A stretch of 64,000 nt of DNA from the NCBI RefSeq assembly GCF_009914755.1, contig NC_060947.1. One strand, written 5' to 3'. Every line of letters begins with the position of its first letter. Position 1 is the first letter of the stretch. This document shows, one piece after another, positions 1 to 16,909 of the stretch. The stretch is from the human T2T-CHM13v2.0 reference genome, Homo sapiens. Both the position numbers and the translations under genes were made by a program. Below the pieces are notes generated by a model, which saw only the letters and a program-made list of their open reading frames with translations, was not told the DNA's origin and did no database searches.

Positions 1-607
1 AGCTTGGCCGTCTCCAAATAGGAACACATGGACTGTGCGGCTTGGCCCCATTTGTGGTAATTTTAAGGTCTCGTTTCCATTTGTAAGAAACATAACTACT
101 TACATATGGAAAGAATGAATAAGAGAAGTCATTAAAATTTCTCTAATTTAGGAAAAAAATAAAAAAAAAAAAGATGTAACGAAGTAATATCTTTACCAGG
201 CCAGGCAGAAATGTAAATTAGACATTAGAAGAAAAACCTATTAACAGGATGGCTGGATGGCTGCGTGGCTTGCCTGTTTTTTTATTTTTTTAATCTAATG
301 AATTTATGAATTGCTAGTTGTGGGGGTCACAGATTTTGCTAATTTCCTATGTGTTTAGCTCTGCAGTAAGAAGGGAGGATTTGCTTATGAACCACGGATG
401 CTAAGTCCATTAGCGGGGCGGTTGCTAATCAGAACACAAATGGTAATACGTACGGTCCAGCATTGAAAAAAAAAAAAGACAGAAAAACACATGAATTATT
501 TCAAGTTGGGGTTTTTCCAACTTCTGTCCGTTGTCCCCACAGGTCATCAGAATATTTAAACATCAGGGAGTAAGAGGCGACCTAGCTAGGTAGCTGCCTG
601 ATTATAA

Positions 608-1218
<611 letters not shown>

Positions 1219-1241
1219 AGTGTTAAAATGTTTTGTTGCCA

Positions 1242-1642
1242 GGCCAGGCACGGTGGCTCACGCCTATAATCCCAGCACTTTGGGAGGTTGAGGCAGGTGG
1301 ATCACCTGAGGTCGGGAGTTCGAGACCAGCCTGGCCAACATGGAGAAACCCCATCTCTACTAAAAATACAAAAATTAGCTGGGTTTGATGGTGGGTGCCT
1401 GTAATCCCAGCTACTCAGGAGGCTGAGGCAGGAGAATCACTTGAACCCAGGAGGCAGAGTTTGCAGTGAGCTGAGATCGTGCCACCAAACCCAGATAATT
1501 TTGTTTGTTTGTTTGTTTGTATTTTTAGTAGAGAAGGAGTTTCACTATGTTGGCAAGGCTGGTCTTGAACTCCTGACCTTGTGATCCACCTGCCTCAGCC
1601 TCTCAAAGTGCTGAGATTACACATGTGAACCACTGTGCCCAG
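1242..1642. mobile_element. Plus-strand Alu lacking its 3' end, fused to a minus-strand Alu left arm
   Basis: Plus Alu 1242-1486 stops at gagatcgtgccacc; 1488-1642 is an antisense left monomer. Confidence 0.85.
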
Positions 1643-1665
1643 CGCATCCCCTCTTCTTATGAGGT

Positions 1666-2372
1666 GTCTTAGTCGATTTCAGGCTGCCATCTCAGAACAC
1701 CATAGACTGGGTGGCTTCAAAATAACAGACATTGATTCTCCCACAGTCCTGGCGGCTGGAAGTCTGAGATCAAGGTGTAGGAAGGGTTGGTTTCTCCTAA
1801 GGCCTCTCTCTTTGCCCTGTAGATGCCATCTTCTCCCTGTGTGCTCACAGGGTCATCCCTCTGTCTGTGTCTGTGTCCTCATCTCATCTTCTTATGGGAT
1901 GTCTTAGTCCATTTCAGGCTGCTATCACAGAACACCATAGACTGGGTGGCTTAGAAACAACAAACATTGATTCTCCCACAGTCCTGGAGGCTGGAAGTCT
2001 GAGATTAAGGTGTGGGCAGGGCTGGTTCTTCCTGGGGCCTCTCTCCTGGGCTTGCCGACACCATAGTCTCCTTGCGTCCTCACACGGTCATCCCTCTGTG
2101 TGTGTCTGTGTCCTCATTTCCTCTTCTTATGGGATGCCATAGTCCATTTCAGACTGCCATCACAGATCACCATTAGACTGGGTGGCTTAGAAACAACAGA
2201 CATTGATTCTCCCACAGTCCTGCAGGCTGGAAGTCTGAGATCAAGGTGTGGGCAGGGCTGGTTCCTCCTGAGGACCCTCTCCTGTGCTTGCAGACCGTAT
2301 CTTCTCCCTGAGTCCTCACGTGGTCCTCCCTCTGTGTGTGTCTGTGTCATCATCTCCTCTTCTTATAAGGAC
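1666..2372 (-). repeat. Three tandem ~235-bp copies of an MLT1 (MaLR) LTR segment
   Basis: Units start near 1666, 1901 and 2136 (agtc[c/g]atttca[g/a]ctgc...catagactgggtggctt...ggctggaagtctgagat). Confidence 0.85.
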
Positions 2373-2690
2373 TTCTGCCTGGGCAACAAGAGCGAAAGTC
2401 TGTCTCAAAAAAAAAAAAAAAAAAAAAGTTTTGTTACCATCTTCTTCCCAGAACTGAGAAGGCTACAGAAACGCTGGTCCTGAAACGGTGTCCATTTCTC
2501 TGCTCAATTCTTCTGGGACTTCATCCCAGTAGGTTGAGACCAAGTAAATAAATGATAATCCTGGATAGCAGGTGTGTGCAGGTTTAAGAGGAGGCAGAGA
2601 GAGAAGGGAGCCATCATTTGCCCCAACCGCTCCATGTGTCTTCATCCTACTGTAATCAAGTGGAAATGAGTAAGAAGGAATCATGTCTGC

Positions 2691-3152
<462 letters not shown>

Positions 3153-3164
3153 AACAGCTTTATT

Positions 3165-3930
3165 TTTGCCCCAAAAGAATTGACATGAGAATCTTGAAGA
3201 AATACCTGGATTCCCATACTCACTGATGAATTATCCACAATAGCCAAGACACGGACCAAACCAAGCAACCACGAATGGATGAATGGATAACGAAATTGGG
3301 AGAATTATCCACAATAGCCAAGACAGGGACCAAACCAAGCGGTCACGAATGGATGAATGGATAAAGAAATTGGAAGAATTATCCATAATAGCCAAGACAT
3401 GGACCAAACCAAGTGACCATGAATGGATGAATGGTTAAAGAAACTGGGAGGATTATCCGCAATACCCAAGACACGGACCAAACCAAGTATTATCCACAGT
3501 AGCCAAGACGCGGACAAACCAAGCGACCAAAAATGGATGACTGGATAAAGAAATTGGAAGAATTATCCACAATAGCCAAGACATGGACCAAACCAAGAGA
3601 CCATGAATGGATGAATGGAAACTGAGAGACCATGAATGGAGGAATGGATAAAGATATTGGGAGAATTATCCACAATAGCCAAGACATGCAACCAAACCAA
3701 GCGACCATGAATGGATGCATGGATAAAGAAATTGGGACATCAATAATATACATGCATTGGAATATTACTCAGCCTTGAAAAAGAAGAAAATCTTGCCATT
3801 TGCAACAACACAGGTGAACCTGGAGGACATTATGTTTCGTGAGATAAGCCAGGCACAGAAACACAAATACTTCATGATCTCCCTTAAATGAGAAATCTAA
3901 AATAGTCAAACTCATAGAAGCAGAGAGGAG
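3165..3930 (+). mobile_element. Old L1 (L1M-type) ORF2-end/3'UTR fragment
   Basis: ggaatattactcagccttgaaaaagaag...gaacctggaggacattatg...aaatagtcaaactcatagaagcagagag is typical L1M 3' sequence. Confidence 0.85.
3229..3740 (+). repeat. ~74-bp minisatellite (about 7 units) derived from L1 sequence
   Basis: attatccacaatagccaagac...aaaccaag...gaatggatgaatggataaagaaattgg at 3229, 3303, 3377, 3451, 3489, 3561 and 3664. Confidence 0.9.
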
Positions 3931-4259
3931 AACTCATACCATGTTTTCTGTGGATTGACTTTGGCCAAGAAGAACAATGCATTCATGTGAGACACGTATA
4001 TTCTTCTGCAGATGGGAACCAAAGGCCTTTGCTGTCTTCATGCCAGCAGCTGCCTGTCTTCATCCTCCGAGCCAAGAGATATTCCTCACATATTCCTCAT
4101 AGCGGTGCCGCATCGTGAAACCACAGAAAAGAAGAGACACTTCTGAGCTCTGGACTTGCTTTCCGCGCTCCCACAAGAGCTGACCACAGGTTTCATCTGT
4201 CTTTTTCTCTTTCTTTTTTCATATTTTATTTTTCATTGACCAATAATAATTGCATGTAT

Positions 4260-5260
4260 TTAATATGCAATCATTGTACCCCATAATATATGACACATAG
4301 AATATATAAAATATATAAATTTAAATTATATATAATATAATACATATATTTATATATCTATTTATATGTAAAATGAAATATATATACTATTGTACCGCAT
4401 AATATATGTATAATATAATCAATACATATATTTTAAATATATTTACATATAAATGCATGTTTGTTATATGTATTGATTTATTATATTAAAATAAAATAAA
4501 TATATATCATTGTGCCCCATTATATATTGATGTATGTTATATTATATCTATAAATATACATATTTAAAGATATATAATATATTTAACTATATTACATAGC
4601 AATCATATATCTTATATATAATATATAACATAATATATATTTATTAATTATATATTCTATAATTATACATATACTATATACTACATACTATATTATATAT
4701 TATATAGTAATTATACATGTTATATATTATATTATTATATATTATGTTTTATTATAATATATTATATAACATAATATATAATAATATATTATTATATATT
4801 GTTTTATTATAATATATTATATAACATAATATATAATAATATATTATTATATATTATGTTTTATATCATATATTATATAACATTATAAAATATAATAATA
4901 TATTATTATATATTATATTTTATTATATTATATAACATTATAAAATATAATATATTATTATATATAAAATATAATATATTACAATATAATTATATATTAT
5001 ATGATAATTATACATGTTATATATTATAATTAATAATAAAATAATACAGCATGTAATATATCATATATCATATAATATATACTATATAAGTATGTATTTA
5101 CATATACATATTTATATGTATTTATATGTATTAAATGTATAATAAAATAAATATATATTATTATACTCTATTATGTATACACACACACATATATACCCTA
5201 TTATATACATATACATGTAATGAATTGAAATTAGGATCTATAATGTATATGTTATGGGGT
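4260..5260. repeat. AT-rich low-complexity (TA)n-type expansion inside an antisense L1M 3' end
   Basis: About 1 kb of almost pure A/T; the flanks aataataattgcatgtatt and tatggggtacaatgtgacgttttgac resemble an L1M end. Confidence 0.85.
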
Positions 5261-5527
5261 ACAATGTGACGTTTTGACATAGGCTTATATACATTTCACA
5301 TTTCGAAATCTCTAAAAGAGTCAATTTTCAACGTTCTGTCCAAGCCCATGTTTAATGTGGTTGTTGAAAGTGCCAGCGAACATTTAGGACGTCCCCGGCT
5401 GCACACGTCTCCTTACCCTCCATGCCAAGGCACCATCTTCTCCCAAGCTGGGTTCTTGGCATTTTGCAAAACAATGTGCCATGCCTAGGCCCCCAAATCC
5501 CTGGCATCCTATAAATGCATTCAACGA

Positions 5528-6012
<485 letters not shown>

Positions 6013-6015
6013 ATA

Positions 6016-6038
6016 ATAGACAGATAGATGATAGATAC

Positions 6039-6089
<51 letters not shown>

Positions 6090-6090
6090 C
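6016..6090 (+). repeat. (GATA)n tetranucleotide microsatellite
   Basis: Long tagatagata run at the Alu tail. Confidence 0.95.
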
Positions 6091-7099
6091 ATTCCAGGTC
6101 CCCTCAGTTGGCACGCCTGACTTCTTAGGTTGGATAATTTCTTAGGATAAGAAATCCGAGCCTAATTTCTTAGGATAAGAAATCTGTCTTAGGATAAGAA
6201 ATATGAGGACAGACAGAGGAAACCCAAACACATTGCAAGAAGAAATGCTTCAGGCCCAGATTCTTGGGTGTCTGGCTGTCTTCCTGAGCCTCCCAAATGC
6301 GTCTTTCGTAACCTAAGAGAGCTCTGGAAACAGTGGGGTTTGTATATGTGGGGTTTGCCGGTCTCCTAGGGCAGGTGGTAAAAGGAGATTGTCCTAAGCG
6401 GTGGTTTATGGGGCTCCGGGGGTGTGTGAACGGCCTCAGAGCACCGTTTAGACAAGCGCAAACATAAAAGTGAGAGGCTGCTGGAAACGTTTAAAGAAGA
6501 GGGAAGAGGCGGCCGGGGGAGTCGGGGGCCTGATCCAGCACCTTGGCCCTGTCGATTTTTACGTCCCGACCACACTGGGTGTGGATGGAAATAGCTGGGT
6601 GGGTTTGTGTGAATTAAAACATTTATAGAGCCCTATGCTCCTGTTACCTCTAAGGCGACTTATTAAAGTACAGTTAGTGTAAACACGGGGGTCGTAAACC
6701 TGCAGGGCTCAAGCACCAATTAAAATAATAAAAAACAAGAGGCCACCGCACACTGAGGGGTCTTTGGCACGGGCTGCAAGGGGGAGGAGGAGGGAGGCCA
6801 AGCCAGGCTCCCTGGGAGGGGAGCCCGGAGGATTCCAGCTCCACCAAGAAACACAGAGGTCAGAGTGAAAGAAACAGTGCAATAGGGATTCTGGAAAGAA
6901 AAAGGCACCTTGACAGCAGAGATTTCAAACCAGGAGATGCATCCCCAGATATGGGACAGTTGAAGATTAAACAGCTGTTGGGGGGTTAATTCTGGGTTCC
7001 ATAAAGACGTAGAGATTTCATGCTGTAGACCCAGGTACAATGGGGACGTCACCAAACTGCTCAGCAGCTGGTTTTGGGATGCAAGAAGGGCTATGCCTT

Positions 7100-8152
7100 C
7101 CCCCTGGGGCTGGGATGGAGGAAGAGTCGTGTCTACACCTGAACTCCCTGGGATTGAGATGGAGGAGGTGGTGTCCACACCCTCACCCACTGGGGCTGCC
7201 ATGGAGGAGGAGGAGGGAGGTGTCCACACTCTCCACCCTGGGGTTGGGATGATGGAGGAGGAAGAGGAGGGGTGGTGTCCACACCCTCAACCACTGGGGC
7301 TGCCATGGAGGAGGAGGAGGGGCGGTGTCCATGGAGGAGGAGGAGGGGCGGTGTCCACACTCTCTCTCCTGGGGCTGGGATGATGGAGGAGGAGGAGGGG
7401 CCGTGTCCACACTCTCCTCCCTGGGGCTGGGATGATGGAGGAAGAGGGGTGGTGTCCACACCCTCACCCCTGGGGCTGGGATGGAGGAGGAGGAGGAGGG
7501 GCCGTGCCACATTCTCAGCCCTGGGGCTGGGATGGAGGAGGAGGGGTGGTGTCCACACTCTCTCTCTTGGGGCTGGGATGATGGAGGAGGAGGAGGGGCC
7601 GTGTCCACACTCTCCCCCCTGGGGCTGGGATGATGGAGGAAGAGGACTGGTGTCCACACCCTCACCCCTGGGGCTAGGATGGAGGAGGACGAGGAGGAGG
7701 GGCCGTGCCACATTCTCAGCCCTGGGGCTGGGATGATGGAGGAGGAGGAGGGGCTGTGTCCACACTCTCCCCACTGTGGCTGGGATGATGGAGGAAGAGG
7801 ACTGGTGTCCACACCCTCACCCCTGGGGCTAGGATGGAGGAGGAGGAGGAGGGGTGGTGTCCACACACTCTCTCTTGGGGCTGGGATGATGGAGGAGGAG
7901 GAGGGGCCGTGTCCACACTCTCCCCCCTGGGGCTGGGATGGAGGAGGAGGAGGAGGGGCCGTGTCCACACTCTCCCCACTGGGGCTGGGATGGAGGAGGA
8001 GGAGGGGCCGTGTCCACACTCTCCCCTCTGGGGCTGGGATGGAGGAGGAGGAGGAGGGGCCATGTCCACACTCTCCCCTCTGGGGCTGGGATGGAGGAGG
8101 AGGAGGAGGGGCTGTGTCCACATTCTCAGCCCTGGGGCTGGGATGGAGGAGG
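7100..8152 (+). repeat. G-rich VNTR, ~55-65-bp unit, about 17-18 copies
   Basis: Repeats of ggggctgggatggaggaggaggaggggccgtgtccacactctcccc. Confidence 0.95.
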
Positions 8153-8193
8153 AATTGGCTCTCTCATGACGCCCTCATTCCTCCCTGTCCTCC

Positions 8194-8782
8194 TGAAAGC
8201 GCCTTTGCAAAAATTATAACTGAAGAAATTACGACAGCGAAAGAGACCTAACCACCCACCTCCCCCCGCCCCATCTTCTTTCTAACCTCGAAACTGTCTT
8301 TATTCATTCCTGGGCGTAGTAGCCTCAGAAGGAATTTAGTTTATAGTTTAAACTCTGAAACAAAACTGACAATAGCCCTTTTCCGGGAGGGCAGGGACGG
8401 CAGGAACCTTCTTGCTTGGGGACCAGCCTGCCTTGGCAGGACTAATAAATTAGCTACAAGATTAGGAATTACGCCTGAAGGACCATGCAGCCTCTGGTTC
8501 CAAGAGTCTGAACCTCCCACAAATAGCTCCTGGGGATAACATCATTGTTGCAGAACCCAAGATCAGTGTTTGAGATATTTTGCAGATCCCGGATTCCAAT
8601 GCAGCCGATGACACCACACAGACCGGTAACGTGGCTCAACCAGATATCAGCCATCCCACACAGGAACAGAAGACAGCACGAACTCACTTCAAACCCCTGT
8701 GATTTCACCCTCAACCTGACCAACCAGCACTCTCTGCTTCCTGAGCCCCCACCCACCAAATCATCCTTAAAAACTCCAATCG
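8194..8782 (+). mobile_element. ERV1 LTR, LTR8-like, 3'-truncated by an Alu fragment (8784-8835)
   Basis: Begins tgaaagcgcctttgcaaaaattataactgaagaaatt, matching the recalled LTR8 start. Confidence 0.75.
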
Positions 8783-8835
8783 CTGGCCAGGTGCAGTGAC
8801 TCACGCCTGTCATCCCAGCACTTTGGGAGGCCGAG

Positions 8836-9146
8836 GGGTTTTCTGTTGTCATCCTTTTTGAGCAAAATCCTGGGAACTTCATACATTGTTTGTTCCAGTA
8901 TCTTCTCAGTTAATGGAGCTCCTTTGAAATGCTGACGGTCTGCTTACACAGGTTAACTCCTTGAGGAAGGGGGTTGGGTAAGGAGCACTTAGTGTCTTGT
9001 AAATCAAGGGGCCAAATGGAGTGCGTCCGGCTTTCCCAGCTGAGAGAGAGTCTATTCTCATGGGAAACAAGGCTAGGTCATTAAAGAGACAAAAAGGGAA
9101 CGTCTAAAAGTAGGGTTAGTAAAAAAAACAAGGTTAGGCATTACAC
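8836..9146 (-). mobile_element. ERV1-class LTR 5' part (LTR6-like, name uncertain)
   Basis: Reverse complement starts tgtaatgcctaaccttgtttttttactaaccctacttttagac. Confidence 0.55.
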
Positions 9147-9279
9147 GTTGCTGATTGATTGACGCATGTCGTCCTCGGAGGAGCCTCCGATGAAGTCTCC
9201 TGGGTTTGAGTTGCAGCCTGGGATGGCCCTGCTGGACCTCAAGTGACCTCACCAACGAAATCTGGTTGAGTGTGTCTGA

Positions 9280-9693
<414 letters not shown>

Positions 9694-10031
9694 TAAAACC
9701 AATTTTCCACTGCCCACTTCCTGGGATGCTCTTTGAGAAGAACTTACTTCTTTCTCAAATTAATGAGCGTTTTGCCCCGATATTCACCCATGCGTTTCTG
9801 ATACGTTTGCAATTAACCTGGAGGGACTTGTGTGAGCTTATTTATTTTTCCCTAATACGTAGACATGGGTTTTAACAGATTTGAGGATCCTACGGAATTC
9901 CAGCGCTCGGGGCCAGATCCTGAAGCCTCCAGATGTCGGGTGTCGTAACCACACAGCCCGCCTTGTTATTTCACTGCAGGTGGAGTTTTCCTCGTTTACC
10001 CTCTGTGGACAGCATTCTCTTCCCCTTGTCC

Positions 10032-10908
10032 TGATAGGAGGCAGCTAGATGCCTAGGCAGGAAGGGGCAGGTGCCTGGTGAAACCCCACCTTCGAGTCAA
10101 AAACAGGCTGAGAACCGAAAGACCAGCCTGCTGGTCCAGAATGAAACTCGCCACCCAGAGTGACAACATCTGTTCCTATTTGCCTGCCCTTTCCCAATTG
10201 ATTCTTTCTGAATAATTTTTTAATTAAATTAAATTAAATTAATTATTTATTTATTTCTGAGACAGAGTCTCGCTGTGTCGCCCAGACTGGAGTGCAGTGG
10301 AGCGATCTCAGCTCACTGTAACCTCTGCCTCCTGGGTTCAAGCAAGTGTCCTCCCTCAGCCTCCTGAGTAGCTGGGATTACAGGTGCTGGCCACCACGCC
10401 TTGGTAATTTCGGTATTTTTAAATAGAGATGGGGTTTCTCCATGTTGGTCAGGCTGGTCTGTAACTCCTGACTTCAGGAGATCCACCCACCTCAGCCTCC
10501 CAAAGTGTTGGAATGACAGGTGTCAGCCACCACACCCAGCCTGAATAATGCTTTTTAATCAATCTGACCACCGGCCTCAGCCTCCCAAAGTGTTGGAATG
10601 ACAGGCGTCAGCCACCACACCCGGCCTGAATAATGCTTTTTAACCAATCTGACCTCAGGCGATCCACCCGCCTCAGCCTGCCAAAGTATTGGAATGACAG
10701 GCGTCAGTCAGCCACCACACCCAGCCTGAATAATGCCTTTTAATCAATCAAATGTTCCCGTTTCCAATACTACCTATGGCCCGCCCCTCCCCACTTCCCT
10801 TCTCTGAGGAAAGCTGTCTCATCACGTAATAAAACTCCCTGGTTTGCTCACTCTTCAGTTCTCAGCATGTCCTCATTCTTCTTGGACGCTGGACAACAAC
10901 TCGGGAAC
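10032..10908 (+). mobile_element. ERV1-class solo LTR (family uncertain) interrupted by an Alu
   Basis: TG start tgataggaggcag, AATAAA near 10828 and cctcattcttcttggacgctggacaacaactcggga U5-like end. Confidence 0.6.
10215..10541 (-). mobile_element. Alu with TSD ctgaataat
   Basis: ctgaataat flanks both ends (about 10208 and 10541). Confidence 0.9.
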
Positions 10909-10932
10909 CAAGATTTCACCGTTGCAATACAA

Positions 10933-11093
10933 CCTGGGCGACAAGAGCGACCAAGGCAGGCGGATCACGAGGTCAGGAGATCGAGACCGTCCTGGTTAAC
11001 ACAGTGAAATCTCAGCTCACTGTGACCTCTGCCTTCTGGGTTCAAGCGATTGTCCTGCCTCAGCCTCCCAAGTAGCTGGGATTACAGGTGTGC
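10933..11093. mobile_element. Mosaic of three short Alu fragments (plus, plus, minus)
   Basis: Alu 3' piece, left-arm piece and antisense right-arm piece abut one another. Confidence 0.75.
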
Positions 11094-11405
11094 CTAAGCC
11101 TAGCTCTGGTGGAGCATCACCAGCTGGAGGTCCCCGGCTTGCAAAGTGACCAAGAACTAAATCCTCCATCATTTCTACCCTCCAAATCCCAGAAAAAGAG
11201 ACTGCAACCACTCAACAGCACAGCCAATAGCTGTGAACAAGAAGTTCAGGAACCATGGCCAAAACATTCAGGAACCTTGGCCAAAAGTTCACAGAAGTGG
11301 AGTTTAACTAAGAAGTTGATTTTGGCAATGCTTTTCCCATTAACTGGTGCATGAAATGAATTTCTTGTTTCAATAGAAACACTGCATTTTTCATTAGAGA
11401 AAATA

Positions 11406-11890
<485 letters not shown>

Positions 11891-12014
11891 TCAGCTCCCC
11901 CACCATGACCTGGTTCTGGCCCTATGAAACCCTGCTATACTCTGTAAGCCAGGCTGCCTACTCTAACTATGGTGGAATTTTAGGTCTCCTCATGCTTTCT
12001 CTCAGCTGACCTTC

Positions 12015-12822
<808 letters not shown>

Positions 12823-13153
12823 GAAATCTAATTCTAAGACAGGGCTGTGATTGGAGACTGGTCTAGCGACTGCATGGGGCTTAGGTCTCGAGTGAGTGGC
12901 TTGTATTGTGTCAACATTCTCCTCCCACAGAAAGGGGATGTGGATGCTTTGAAAGGGTACGTTTGAGTTTTTGCTCTTGAGAAAGTGTTCTATTCTCTAT
13001 CCTCTGCAAATCTACCTAGGGAAGACACACCACTACCTCTAGCAGTAGAGACCAAAGACCTTCATGTATACAGCAAGTCCCATACCCACCGCTGCCTTAG
13101 GAAGGCAGAAGCTCCCCCAACAAGGAGACTTCTCGTACAAGGAAAGATGGACC

Positions 13154-13298
13154 TGTTACCGGACAGTGGTCTCGATCCGGATCCCAAGAGAGGGTTCCTG
13201 GATCCGGTGCGAGAAAGAATTCAGGGCGGGTCCACAGTGCAAAGCAAAAGTAAGTTAATCACAAAAGTAAAGTGGCAAAAATACAGCTACCCCATAGC
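13154..13298 (-). mobile_element. ERV1-class LTR end fragment (LOR1/MER4-group-like), apparently resuming at 14727-15200
   Basis: tgttaccggac...cccaagagagggttcctggat...gaaagaattcagggcg; a related copy lies at 26062-26180. Confidence 0.6.
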
Positions 13299-13459
13299 AA
13301 ACAGGTTTGCTGAAAAGGTAGCCAAAGATAGTGAGGGAACTGATGAATTCACTGTGGCTAAATCCAGCTAAGGAGGACTCAGCTTCTACATCTAGGTATC
13401 AACAACCATCTGATTGATCCGACAGGCCCAGTTTCCACAGCATTTAAGATTATTAAGAA

Positions 13460-14730
<1,271 letters not shown>

Positions 14731-14824
14731 AGAATAAGGGGTTCCCAAAAGTAAGAGGAGGAACGCGTCCTCCCTAGGTACAATATTCATTTATATATAT
14801 GATTTAAAAAAAGATCATGGGCAA

Positions 14825-15135
<311 letters not shown>

Positions 15136-15216
15136 TCATGGGGAGATGTGCTCGTCTATAAGGATTTGTGATAAAGGATTAGTTTTCTTAATTACTATAT
15201 ATATATGTATATATAA

Positions 15217-15504
<288 letters not shown>

Positions 15505-15980
15505 CCTGCACCTCCCTTTTAATTCATATAAGGGTGGGCTTGCAATATACTTCCAGGCCAAAGTTTGAGCTCAAAACTTGCATTTTCAGACATTACTTTG
15601 AAGCGTTTGAATAACAACAAATGCTTGGCAGCTGCAATACCATTATTTACTCTACCTTTATTTCATTATTAATGTGCTGTTCTCAGTATATTAACATGAA
15701 GCGTTGGCTGCGGTCAGAGATGGAGATTTTATTATTTATATGTAACAAATGTATTCATTAATAATTGAATTACACAGACAGCACACAAATAAATATAGCA
15801 AATTATTAATTTATAACACACTGGGGGGGGATTTATAAAATTCCAGTAAATACAGTCTTTAATCAACTATAGACTTTTTTAAAAAAACACTTTATATTAG
15901 GATTCACATCTTGTTTATCTTCCTTTGTTGTATATTTCTATATTTGCGTATTAGCAGATATAAGCTACATTTAAAGATAG

Positions 15981-16139
<159 letters not shown>

Positions 16140-16662
16140 TAAAATAATACAGATAATATAATATAGTATAATACAATATGTAGGAGATATAGCTCAGAAA
16201 ACAGGTTTACTGAAATGGTAGACAAAGATAGTGAGTAAATTAATGAATTCACTGTGGCTAAATCCACTAAGTAGGACTCAGCTTGTATATCTAGGTATCA
16301 TCAACCATTTGATTGATTTGAAATGCCCAGTTTCCAAGTCTAACCATTGTTGAGGATGTATAAATTATACTGAACTTGAAGTTGACAGAGTGCAAATTAT
16401 TTTGCATGCATTTTACAGCAAGGACCGAGCCTCAATTTTTTTTTTTTTTTTGGCATCGTGAGAATTGAAATAAAGACATTTATATAGGAGTTAAGAAGAA
16501 ATCACTTAGGCAGATGGTAAGGCTATGGAAGTCCTTAGTAAGGCTTTTCTCTTTAATGAAAACCAGCCCCAAATCATTTTCTAACAAAGAGCAGTCTGTA
16601 AAATTGAGCTGCATCGAGCTGCAGACATAGACAAGCCAGCTGGGAGCTTGCACGGGTGAATG

Positions 16663-16909
16663 CCGGCAAAACGTAGGGACTAGACACCTTCAAGATGGCG
16701 GCTCCATCTTCCCGGCAGGAACTACGGACTAGACACCTTCAAGATGGCGTCTTCATCTTCCCGGCAGGAACTAGGGACTAGACACGTTCAAGATGGCGGC
16801 TCCATCTTCCCGGCAGGAACTACGGACTAGACACCTTCAAGATGGCGGCTCCATCTTCCCGGCAGGAACTAGAGACTAGACACGTTCAAGATGGCGGCTC
16901 CATCTTCCC
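16663..16909 (+). repeat. 49-bp tandem repeat x5 carrying YY1 consensus sites
   Basis: caagatggcg[g/t]c at 16691, 16740, 16789, 16838 and 16887, an exact 49-bp period. Confidence 0.92.

Noticed and set aside
6120-6205. Short repeats ttcttaggataagaaat x3-4 (also 20-bp x2 at 53381 and ~45-bp duplicates at 43923/44431 and 25904/26455)
   Set aside because: Small local duplications with no evidence of function.
7100-8152. PRDM9 13-mer CCNCCNTNNCCNC in the VNTR
   Set aside because: The closest minus-strand matches I checked (cctccatcccagc, cctccatcatccc) miss a fixed position.
7093-8251. Pro-rich and Glu/Gly-rich ORFs up to 312 aa
   Set aside because: Artefacts of the G-rich VNTR.
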